NCBI GenBank assembly: GCA_040357565.1
Contig: JBDODJ010000022.1
Reading direction: 5' to 3' (one strand)
Source of the DNA: Cercozoa sp. M6MM
Lineage: Eukaryota; Protista; Endomyxa: Ascetosporea
DNA length: 64,000 nt
Shown here: positions 27,301 to 38,450 of the stretch, in pieces
How positions within the stretch are numbered: position 1 is the stretch's first letter
Layout of the letters: each line of letters starts with the position of its first letter
Position numbers and translations under genes: made by a program
The notes under the pieces: model-generated
Told to the model about the DNA's origin: nothing
Seen by the model: the letters and a program-made list of their open reading frames with translations, nothing else
Databases searched by the model: none

Positions 27301-30300
27301 GGGGGAATGGACGGAGATACCAACTTTGGGAATCACGACGACCTCCATACAGTAGCCAAAGTCATCCACCAGAATCGGTGCCTATGCAGGGGATAAAGTA
27401 AAGGGGGGTAAAAGGGGGGGTAAAGGGGGTAAAAGGGGGGTAAAAGGGGGGTAAATAGGTAAAATGAAAAGGAGTAGACGGTAAGGGGGGTAAAGAGAGG
27501 GGGCAAAACTACAGTGACGTTAAACATGGCGGTCTGCTCGTCCAAAACGACGACAATTTCCGACTCGTCCGACGTCCACCCATGCCTATATCCAGGAGGG
27601 TAAAAAGGGAGTAAAGAGGAGGGTAAAGAGGGGCAAAGAGGGGGGGTAAAGAGGGGGTTAAAGAGGGAGGTAAAAGGGAGGTAAAAGGGAAGCCAAGCTA
27701 CGCAGGTGCACTGAATCGCAGCAGATCAATTCCGATCGACGATGGCGGGAACACTCTCTATTTTAAAGGGGTGGTTGAAAGGGGTTAAAGGGGCGTTTAA
27801 AGGGGCGTTAAAAGGGGGTTAAAAGGGGGCCAAAAGGGACTTAAAGGGGGTTAAAAAAGGTGTACCCGAAAGGGCGACGTGGCATCGCTGTTGCTGGCGT
27901 AGACGAGCGCGTCGGCAAAGACAGCGCCACTGGCCCAGAAAGTCGTCTACAATTCAACAAAGCCCCCTTAACCACTCCTGCTTAAGGCTGCGTCCATCTC
28001 TTTCTTAAGGTTCTTTCTTGAGGTTCTGAAGGGAGTGATCACCTCATGAGGTACGTACACGTTGCCGGCCTTGTTGGACAGATGTGCTCCCACCGTCCAC
28101 TGGGGGGGTAAGAGGAGGCAAAGGGAGGGGTAAGGGGTAAAAGGGGAGGTAAAAGGGAGAGGAGAAGGGGTAAAGGCAAGACAGTACGCCATGTTGTTGC
28201 AGGTCCACCAAGTCGGTCTTGTTGATTGTCAGTTTCATCAGCAACGGCGGTCCTATGCGCGCCCAGCCAGTTTACCCTTTCCCCACCCCTTACCCCCATT
28301 AGCCCCCTCCTCCATTTACCCCTATTAACCCCCTGTATGTGTGTCTACCAACAGCAGCGAAGAGGAGCGTGCGACTGCTGTTGTAGTAGGTCAGACACGG
28401 CAGCGACTGCGACAGCGGCGACTCAGCGCGCGCGAACTCGCTGTGCGTCGCGTTCAGCACGGTTTGCGTGACACGTGCCACTCGCGGAGTCACCTGCGCA
28501 CGTGTGTGATCGATTAGAGTGACCACTGGACTGATCAACTGACTGGGTGACCACCTGACTGAGTGACAGGGAAGAACTATACCATCTGGAAGGCCAGGTA
28601 GGGCCGCGAGGCCACGAGGTCGTGACACTGCTGAGACAGGTCCACTTGCAGGGCGAAACCGTCGCGTCCATTGGCACGTGTCACCACTGACGGTTTGAAC
28701 ACGTGGTCACTCGTACTCACTGAGTCGCTCCATGACAGGTCGGCTGGCACATTCTCTACACACGTGTCACAGTGATCAATCAGAGAAAGTGACCCAACTG
28801 GACACGTGTCTGAGAGGTGATTCATTTGGTACCAGTGTCAAAGTCGACCACGAAAGCGTTTCTCGCGATGCTTAAGGAAGCGTCGAGACCGAAAGCCGGC
28901 TCACTCACGTTCCACATTATGCCCTACCAGGAATGCCTCCAAAGTACACATCTCAACTGTAGTTAGCCCTTGCACATACCGAGAAGTCGGCAGGAACACC
29001 CAGCGTCGGTGCTTTCGGTCGCACACGCAACACGTGCGGTACTGCGTCTGTGACCAACAACAGGGGGGTGAAGTAGGGGTAAGATGGGTAAGATGGGGTA
29101 GGTAGGGATAAAATGAGAGGCAAACAGGGGCAAAGGCAGTACGACTGGGAGCGAAGACGACATTGGCCTCGTTTGACACGTTCGCAGTCGACCAGGTACT
29201 GTAGGAGGGGGGTAAAAGGGGGAAGGAGGAGTAAAGGTAAAAGGAGCAAAGGTAAATGGGGAAAAGGTAAAAAAGGGGAAAGGGAAATGGGGTAAAGGTA
29301 AAAAGGGGAAAGGGAAATGGGGTAAAGGTAAAAAGGGGAAAGGTAAATGGGTAAAGGTAAAATGGGGTAAAGGTAAAAGGGTCAAGGTAAAGGGTGAAGA
29401 GGTAAAAACGGAGGTACGCCGTGAGAGTGACACTCGTGAACGATGCGTCGTTTGGCAGATACGGAATATTACCTGGCTGCATTGTGAATATATATGCATA
29501 GATTTAAAGAATGGAACTACTAATATCTATGTCTATCAGTGTCGCAAGTGAACAGTGAAGAACAACGAGAGTACAAAAGCGGTCGGATTGGAGCCAGCGT
29601 TGAAAGTGATCGAAGAGGAGGTCGCTTGGTTCTGCCAACACATGGAATAGTCAGAATCATGCATACAGATTAATAACTACTTCATCTAATATATCTATAT
29701 ATATATATATAAACTGGTTAAAACCTGAGAATTTTTGGAGCCAAACAGTGTTTGTTCCTCGCCATAGACGAGACGAGCCTAGTTCATGAATTGCAGAGGA
29801 TGAAACAACTGAAGACGAAGGCAGAGATATCGATACACTGGCCGAGGCGCAGTTGCCGGAGTTGGCGCACCCACTGATCGCGGCCGTCACCATGTCATTC
29901 GTCTGCTCTCTCATCAACCAATTCAGACATACAACGGGTGTCAATTGGAGTATAAGATCAGCAGTGTCTAGTTCTACCGGCAGCGACACCGAGTTCGGAA
30001 ACCACGCGGCCAACTCTGCCGTAGCCATGCCGTCGATCGGGTCGGACAGAGTCACATTGGACAGATCACACGTGCCGGTGACCACTTCTCTCACCTGAGT
30101 CACACATAATGACGGTTACAGACAACACAGACCCTTCCAGAGAAAGTTGCACCACGTGCAACGCGGGATCGTTCAAGTCGATGGCGCCACTCGCATTAGT
30201 CACCGTTTTAACACATCCCGGAGTCAGTTCTGGAAACGACAATGACGGAAGTGGGCAAATTAGGGTGAAGGTACGGTACCGAATTGGTAGTTTTGGTTTG

Positions 30301-30361
30301 GTACATCGGTCCACGCGATGGCGTTTCTCCCACACAGCAGGAGAAACGCCAGACTCAGCAT
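21378..30361 (-). CDS. Very large orphan secreted/surface protein, more than 30 exons, beta-rich (V/T/S)
   Basis: MLSLAFLLLCGRNAIAW signal-like start. Frame continuity at the junctions checked. Spans N gaps at 21653-21752, 23779-23788 and 26411-26510. Could be more than one gene. Confidence 0.55.
23730..23845. repeat. 20-bp intronic minisatellite AAACAGACCATCCAATTTAA
   Basis: At least 4 copies around a 10-N gap. Confidence 0.9.
29205..29412. repeat. GGGGTAAA-type degenerate intronic repeat (one of about 25 in the window)
   Basis: Directly visible; TTTACCCC on the host sense strand. Confidence 0.9.
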
Positions 30362-30836
30362 CTCGCACCACCGAGGGTAAGATTGTAATCGATGGTTGCC
30401 ACAGGCTCAAATGTAGTGTGAACACACACGTACACACATATGTTAGCTTTGAAAGTCAAGCAATCTCACTTGCCAGAACACCCACGATCGGGGTGGGGTG
30501 CGTGATCAGCAGTCAGCGGCTGTTACTGTTTCTTCGAAGGTTAAACAATTGTGAAAATCGAGTATTTCCCTCTTGGGCTTTGCGCTAGACTTGGTATGCG
30601 CTGGTCTTCCTGTTCTATCGGACTCATGGGAAAATACGAAAAACGGAATTTGCGTTTTTCTCGCACTTGCTGCCAGAGTCCAGAGCGTGAACCTCGTTCG
30701 ACGAGTTAGAGATGCATTAAAAGGTTCAAGAAAACTGAGAAACCACCTTGGAAGTTTAAAAAGTCTGCAGCCGTCACCACAAGAGGGGCAGCTCGGAGTC
30801 AGTTGAGTGTGGCCAACTGAGGACAAACTGAGGAAA

Positions 30837-33448
30837 ATGCGATCCCATGCTTTTGACTTACCGGTGCTCTGGACTGAACAAGCTGTCATCTGTTCGGCAC
30901 TGGACATAGGTTTACTGTGCTTGTAGTTGACGAGATCGCACGCGCAGTCACGATCGCGTGAAGAGACTTCACTGCGTCGGATTGCTCGCCGGCAGGTGCG
31001 CATTGGGCCGTTTCGAGTGTCGCTGTAGCTTCTACTTTTCTTCCTGTCAACAAAAGTAACTGGAAAATACAGGATACTGGGTGTCGTGTTTACGCAGTGT
31101 TCTGATTGTACTGGCTGCATTCGTCGGTTTGTTCATGCTCTCGCTGTCACTGACACCAACGGTTGGAGACTCGGACGGTATTGTTCGAGATGAACCCGAC
31201 AGCAGTCGGAAATATGAAGACACTCGCGATCATGTCGTCGATGATCAAAGAAAGCGTGCAGACGACGGCAAACGGCATTCAGACCAAGATATCCACAAGA
31301 AACAACCAAAACAGCCGAAATTGCCACCACAAAACGAGCCGGTGCCACCTGCGCACCAACCTGACAGTGAGAAGAACTCTCCAGACAGCCAGCCAAAGAA
31401 CGGCATCGGAGGGGCAGAATTACCGCTTATTTGGGTGGCTATTCCCTCCTTCCGTGACCCTGCCTGTCCGGGCATGGTACGCAATCTATTAATCACCGCC
31501 AAGCACCCGGAGAGAGTGCGCGTCGCTGTGTACGACCAGCTGGAACGCGGTGTGGGAGACGTCCCATGCGCCAGTTTCTTGGATCCGTGCGAGAAAGCAT
31601 ATCGAAAGCACCGGCCAGTTGGTTTGTTGCAAGAAATGGAAGGCGAGTTCGAGTTTCCAGAAGAGAAAAAGCAGCGCATCTTGAATGCTCCTTTGGTACA
31701 GTATTGTACATGATTCTACTCTGGATGATAAGTAAAGGAAGATTCATTGCCAGGGCGAACACGATCGTGGCAAAGGAAGAGGCAGCCAAGGTGACGACTT
31801 GTCCTTCTGTAAATACGCACATCAAGTCAAAGTGCTCGAGATCGCTGCTGCCACGGCACAGGGCGTCGTGCCTGCGCGCTACATGGCCGAGCAAATGATT
31901 CTCATGAACGAAGAGTCGAACCCGTTCACGGATTTCATCCTGCAGTCTGATGCACACAACGAGTTCGCCGATGACTGGGATGTCCGCGCATTGGACCAAT
32001 GGAAGAAGGTGAACAACGACAACGCCGTTTTGTCGGTGTATCCGGTACACTTCGGCTGCATTTTTGTCTGAAAAGTGGAAACAACATTGCAGTATTGTGA
32101 CTGTGCCCTCAGTTAAGCAGCAAGCTGAGTCCACCGCCAAAAGGACCACGTGTCACGTTGTAAGCTTTTACATTAAATGTGTGTGTGTGTGCGTTTGTGT
32201 GTGTGTGTGTGTGTCTTGTGTGTGTACAGAAAAGTTATCACTACTTTATCTGCAGGTTATGTGGAATGCATTTCAAAGAAGGACTGTTCGGTATGCCCAA
32301 GTGGATCGGAGAATTGCGAACGCTGCCTAGCATAAAGGACGGCTTTGACGAGAAGGGCGACATGGTATCGCAACAACCAGGCACAAAGGGAGAGTTACAA
32401 TTGATCTGTGAATTCACATTATAGGGAACACCGGTGAGGCAACAACTGTTTGCTGCTGGCTTTGCATTCTCGAAACTACACCGAGCTGTTCGCGTGCCAA
32501 ACGACCCGCACTTGCCATTTGTGGTATCGCCCGACCTCCCATTGTATCACTACTTTAACTGAGCATACGTGTTTAGTTCGATGGCGAAGAGTTGTCCATG
32601 GCAGTTCGGCTCTTTACTTGGTGAAGACAGCTCATCTGTGTCTAGTAAAATACGTGTATGTGGCCGCGTACGTACTGTACGATGTATAGGGGATACGATG
32701 TCTATGCACCACTGGACCAGTTCATCTTCCATGCGTACTACGAGAAGACGATGCATCGTCCTCATATGTATAGCAGCAACAAAATTAAGAGTGCATGGGC
32801 AAGTAGTAGATATATTACTGTGCAGTTGGGACACTGACTGGGGCGTTAAATCACAGATTCAAAAACGATGCACTTCTCGCATACACCACGTTTTGGTAAA
32901 CCCACTGACCGCTGCAGCTTCAGTATAATAACAAGAATGCTCATGGACAGGGACTTCTGCCACCAGTTGCAGAAAACAATCAGGGCGAAGACGGACTGCA
33001 GTTGAATCAGTTCGACTTGCCGAAAGAATACGACCACAGCGAGTGCGACGTTGGACAGGTAGAGTGCACATGATGCCATCCTGGCTCCTAAAAATGCACT
33101 TCAGCGTGTTTTTATAGAGATACGGTGCGGGTACTGTCCGAAATGTGGCATCGTTCTACCACTGGGGTGGTTTTGGTACCTTCAGTCACTAGCTGGGCAG
33201 AAACCTTATATTTCTGAAACTTCAAATGCAGATATCTTGGACAAACGCAAAGTGAACCATTGCGCTGCCATCGCCGATCGCAAGGTACGACCCTACCCTC
33301 TCGACTTCCTGTCTGAAATGATGCACATATGCTTCATCCTCAGCTCCCACCGGTCGAGGCAGGTGACAGATCACGTCTGCCTAATTGGGCAACGGACGAA
33401 GCCATCGCGCACAAGTATCGTGTTTCGATTTCGGCCAAGCAAACTTAG
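30837..33448 (+). CDS. Type II membrane GT60-family GlcNAc-transferase (Gnt1/polypeptide alpha-GlcNAc-T-like)
   Basis: TM anchor and stem, then IWVAIPSFRDP, A..PERVRVAV, GVVPARY, LQSDAHNEF..DWD, VLSVYP, FAAGFAFS, VPNDPHLPFVFDGEE, RLFTWGYDVYAP, YGAGTVR. Confidence 0.88.
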
Positions 33449-33832
33449 AAAAATAACTCACTCTAACGTGCTGTAATTGTAAGTTAGGTGAAATACTGAC
33501 CAATATAGCGTACTCCAGACAGAGCGCCTTATCTGTTTCGCGTTTTCTGCAGACTCCAGAAAATAGGAAAATGACGCTGGGGCTTTTGTGTGAGAATCCT
33601 TACGATTAGTTGCGTGAGTGTTTTGCACAACAGCATGCAAAAAAACATTTGTGTCAGCGACCACGAAGTTTGGGACGCTAAAACAGTGGCAGAATTCGAA
33701 CATGAGTAATTTTTGCAGTTCGCTTTACCCGTCATGTTGTTCATGCTTTGCAATCGCAGAATAAACGAATTCAACACGCTCCTGGTGCTCGTAGGACGTT
33801 ATTCGGCGCAAATATGCTGCATTGTGCCTCCA

Positions 33833-34862
33833 ATGGCGCTCTCCGAGACGGATCTGGTGCTCAATGCCGTGACAGATGTGCAACTCGAGAAACAGCACGG
33901 CATTCGCAAGTGCACAACAGTGCGAATCAAACGGCACTGCAATGGTACCTCCCGTATATATGTATCCTATTTTATGCAATTTGTGGTTTTGTGACCGCAA
34001 ATTAGGGTACACACCTCATGCGATGCGACAGATTCTGATTGACTTCTTCCAAGCTGTTCGCCGCGAATGCGATAGAGTGTGTGAGCGCTTCCTTCCCCAT
34101 TTGCTTAATCCGGCAAAGAGCCAGCGGAAGGGACTTGTCTTGCTCGTGCAAAGCAACGAACTGATGCACAAATGGTATTGTGTTCACCAACAAGTGCGGT
34201 ACATGTCGACCGAGTGCTTTGATCGAGCCTTTGCGCGGTTGCTCGTCGACCCCTGCAACAACCACTCGGACCGTGAAATCGCAGACAAAGAATGTGCGTT
34301 TCTGCGAGAAATGCGCGCTGTTCATGATCAGGTACTTGAACACAAAAATCCTTGAGAGCGCAATCGATTGAATGTCAGTATTTGTACCCGCGCATACGTG
34401 AAGTTTCTGGATACTGTACTGTGCGTGTCGATGCAGAGGGAACAAAGACTGAGGCAATTTTCATATGGCTTCTGGAGTCCACTTTCGTCGGTGAGTCGGC
34501 CTTGCGTTGCACCGAATTTGCTGCTCGGTTCTCGTTTACTCAGCAACATCGGCGTCATCTCAGGCATCGACTCAGTATGCAAAAGCCAATTGCAACGACC
34601 ACTCAACTCGAGTTTTCTCGAAGGCGATACTGCAAGCGCTTCAATCAAACTGCATTGCATGTGCACAGAGTACGAAAACTGCATCGGGTTGATCGATGCT
34701 GCTATGCATACGAAGTCAATAAGGACAACTTTTTTTGTCGAGCAACGAGCTTTGCTTCTGGACTCGATTGCAAATGTGACTGGCAATGCTGAGACTCGGT
34801 CGACCAAAAAGCCAATTTGCCTGAATCTCGTCGAGCTTATCGTGTCATATGTAACTCACTAG
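33833..34862 (+). CDS. Hypothetical protein, multi-exon
   Basis: MALSETDLVL.. spliced in frame to GYTPHAMRQIL.. exon. End uncertain. Confidence 0.45.
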
Positions 34863-34919
34863 GTCAAGATTAAAGACTTGGACGTGGTACACTTCAGGAG
34901 TAGTAAAACTGATAGTGGG

Positions 34920-36592
34920 TCACGCATCACACAGCCAGGCATTGCGAGCCACGTAGTCACTCCAAAGAGACTTCGACATTGCGGCGCGAAGTACTTGGCG
35001 GAGTTCGTTTGACTTGCGCCATCTCCTTTCAAAACGAATTCGGTCCAGCTCACGTGAAACATCTGAGTTGTCCCCGAACACTGTCTTTGACGTACGTTGT
35101 GGCCGCGGAATGCAAAGTTTCGCGTGCAAGTCCCGCGATGTATCCGATCGCTGAAGCCACTCGCATGGGTGTACTTGTTTACCATTAATTTTGCTTTCGC
35201 CCATTCTCATTTCTGGGAGTTCTTTGGAGCTGCCTGAACGTCGAAGAATGTCTCGGTTGTATTTTAGCAGCAACCGTGCGTGTGCTTGCTTGTATTTGGC
35301 GACTTCGCGCTGAGCCTGGGTCATCTCTTTCTTTGACTCGTCGGCATCGATTTCAACCCTGACGTTCAGCTTACTTTGGCTCTTCGTGTCCAGTTTTTGT
35401 CGCAGCCGTCGGTACTGTTGTTGGGTGCGGTGAAGGGCAGCATCGCAGTCTTTTCCTGCCCGTTCAAGAACACGGATAAACTATTAGTCAGACCATGAGT
35501 TTACTGAGTACGTTTCGCCCTCTCATGTTCTGCCTTTAGCTCTGCCTCAGACGCCCGCTCCAACAGTTGTTTGCGCTGCTCTTCCTGGAAAACAATATGT
35601 TCCCGGTAAATGACGACGACTCTGCTGATGGTAGTTGTACCAGCTTTTGTCCGTATCTCTTTTTGGTGCCAGCTAGCTCAAGCTCAAGGATCTGCACCTA
35701 TACCACAGAAAGCCAACTGAATGAACCAACCTATGTCATTGCTATGGGTTGCAAACGTGATATATGTACCCGGTGTTGTAGCGCAAACGGTGGCGCATTC
35801 TCAATTTCGCCGCGGAAGCTCGTACCAGTCGTTGGGTGACTTTCAGACCACGCCTTCTTGCCCAACTGGCGAAGGCGATACGAAATGGTTTTCCGACGTG
35901 AGCTTGTGGTGGGTCTTTGCAACCGAGGAGTAGTTTGCGCTGCTTCCTCCGAAAGATCGGATGTCTTACTAAACTTTGAATTCGCCGGCTTGGATTCCGC
36001 CAGTGGTTCTCTTTCGAAGCAAGTGACTTTGATGCGTTGCTGTGAGACACTCGAAGTTTGTGTTCGTGATTGCTCCCCCAGCAAAGAACTCGAATTCGAA
36101 GTCTTTGAAGCATGTTGCTGCGGTGGTCCGTAGCTATCTGAGAGCGTGCACGAGCTGGAAAGTCGCGACTTCGGGTTTGAGACTGAACGAGAATTGCTTG
36201 ATCTTGAGTCGTTGCGCGTTTTAGCGTCGAAACAAGTCGATTTTGCACGAACCTTACGACTGCCAGTGGTCGGAGACGTCTTCTCCTTGCCGAGGCTGAG
36301 CGAAGCTTTCCATGACGGAGTTTTTGTTTGATGACTCCGTTTTCGATGCTGCCGACGAGGGCGCTTGAGGCGTGCTGAGAAGCTTAGGTTCATCTGCAGG
36401 CACTCTTGGGCATAAATAGAGCTCCCGGGGTCCTTTGCTTGAGATTTTGCAGCAGGAATAAGTAAGTTGCCTGTGAATCGGCTTGAGCGTTTCGGCGCCG
36501 TTCGCCCTCGAAAACGCGAGAGCGTTTCTTCATGAGAAACTCGAGGAAACGTGCGCAAGAATACGTTTCTTCGCCCGGTAAATGTACTCCAT
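34920..36592 (-). CDS. Hypothetical S/K/R-rich protein with C-terminal coiled coil
   Basis: 275-aa open frame at 35731-36558 and coiled-coil-like exon at 35190-35440. Ends approximate. Confidence 0.45.
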
Positions 36593-36660
36593 TGTCTTGT
36601 ACACCTTTGCTGTGTCAGCTGTCGCAGTGTTGTATTATTAACGTCCGTTGAAGTCGAGAT

Positions 36661-38266
36661 ATGCTACATGTGGTTTTCGTGTGCTTCGTTATCGTTATAC
36701 TGCAGGTACAGTGTATTCTTGTACTGAACAAACTAGAGTTTAACATACTGTGTTTCTTCGATACCAATAAGCAGGTGCATGGGTACACACTCGTATTCGA
36801 ACAGCGTCAGGGTGGTTGCTTTGAGCAACGTGTCGAGAACCCCAACACGTACAGTTGCTGTATACATAATTTACTTATTAGTAAGGGTGCTGTCACGCTG
36901 TTGGGCAGGTTGCTGACGGTGTCGTACTCTGTGTCAGCGGGCAGACCGGAGGACATGACAGTGGAACTCATTGCGCCGGATGGTCAGGTCACCTACCGTC
37001 TCGAGAAAGAAGATTTGCTTCCTTCCTTGCGACATATGTATTCGTTTCGCACCTACGCTGTACCCAGTTCCTATTCAGTTTCCTCCAGGAACACTGACCG
37101 TATAATAATATGCTTTGCACAGCCCATCACAGGCAACTGGAAGTTGTGTCTCCGGCGTGCGCGCGATGCCAAGTGTACCTTGCTTTCTATATCGCTGCTT
37201 CTTGCGACAAATCTTTTGATTTAGTCCCGAGAACTCGTCTGTCGTTTCAGTACCGCCAGGGTGACAGTTCGTGGGTACGATTTCGTAGAATAATCTTTAA
37301 AATAACCGCACACTGTGTTGCTTTAAACTCAGGACAAGATAGCATCAAAACGAGATTTAACTCCGCTAGAAATGATGGTACAGACAGGTTGGACAGTCAA
37401 CAAGAGTAATACATTGTGTCCCTGAACAGGTGAGATCACTGCAACGCAACCTCCGCGTGGCAGGCGACGAGCAGAAACTCCTCAAGCGAGGCGAGCGGTA
37501 CCTGCACACTGAGATACTCTCTAGAAGAGTCATCTGTCTATGGTGGGCAGGGATCTTCGGGACACGAGCGAGGCCATCAACACCAAAGTGCTCTGGCTGA
37601 GCGTGTTTCAGATCATCTTCGTTTCCGTTGTGACAGTGCTGAAAACCCTCCTCATCAAGAGCATCTTCGAGGACTCGCGCCAACTGCGCAAACTCAAAAA
37701 CGCCACTATGAAGGTATCGCTTCCGATACCGTAAACTGTTGTAATACTGACCTTGATATCAGGGAGCCGACACAATGAAAACCTTCGCGAACGACTTGCA
37801 TCGCCAGGCAAGTGACTTGGGTGCACCGATGGGCAAGAAGATCAATCAATTTTACCGGCAGCACGTGCAGGTGCGAATGCCGCAGCTCGGTCTAAACACA
37901 GGAATGCCTAGTGCAATGTCGACAGCGACCTCCGTCAGCAACGCTCAAAGTCCCGTTGCGAGTATGCCTAGCATGAGCGCTGAGCCGCCGGTGCAAGCGG
38001 CCGTCACTCCAACCAGTGAATGCAGCGGACATGTTCGCTTTGCTGATACAGCATCATACCATCCGCCTGTACCTTCTTGCTTTCGCTTTGTTTTGCTTTG
38101 TTTCGCTTTGTTTTTATTTGTTTTGCTTTGCTTCACTTTGTTTCGCAACTTCTTTTCTTGTTCTTTTGATTGATGAAAACTGTAAACTCACCAGGCTGCA
38201 CATCAGCGAAGCTCAAGCCCAGTGATTGAACGAGCTCCCTTTGTGCAAAGCAATCACACCGATTAG
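36661..38266 (+). CDS. p24/emp24/TMED family protein with extended C-terminus
   Basis: Signal peptide, GOLD domain (GCFEQ..GNWKLCL), coiled coil, RDTSEAINTKVLWLSVFQ TM segment, KSIFE. Confidence 0.85.
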
Positions 38267-38450
38267 TCCAATCGGCAGATCTCAACTCAATTCAGTTCAG
38301 TTTCAAAGTCTCAGATCAGTTGTTTAACAACAAACGCAACTGACGCTTCATTACTGTAAATCGATTAGAGCTTCCGTGGTCACGCGATGCTATACGTACA
38401 GTATCTACTGCTGTCGCGTCATGTGAGAACTTCAGGCACACTTTACTCGG

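Noticed and set aside
27390-27860. Interstitial canonical telomere repeats
   Set aside because: The unit is GGGGTAAA-like and degenerate, not TTAGGG/TTTAGGG, and is confined to introns
31700-33448. Stop-codon reassignment or non-canonical introns
   Set aside because: Every in-frame stop checked in conserved genes is removed by an ordinary GT-AG intron, and TAA, TAG and TGA all end genes
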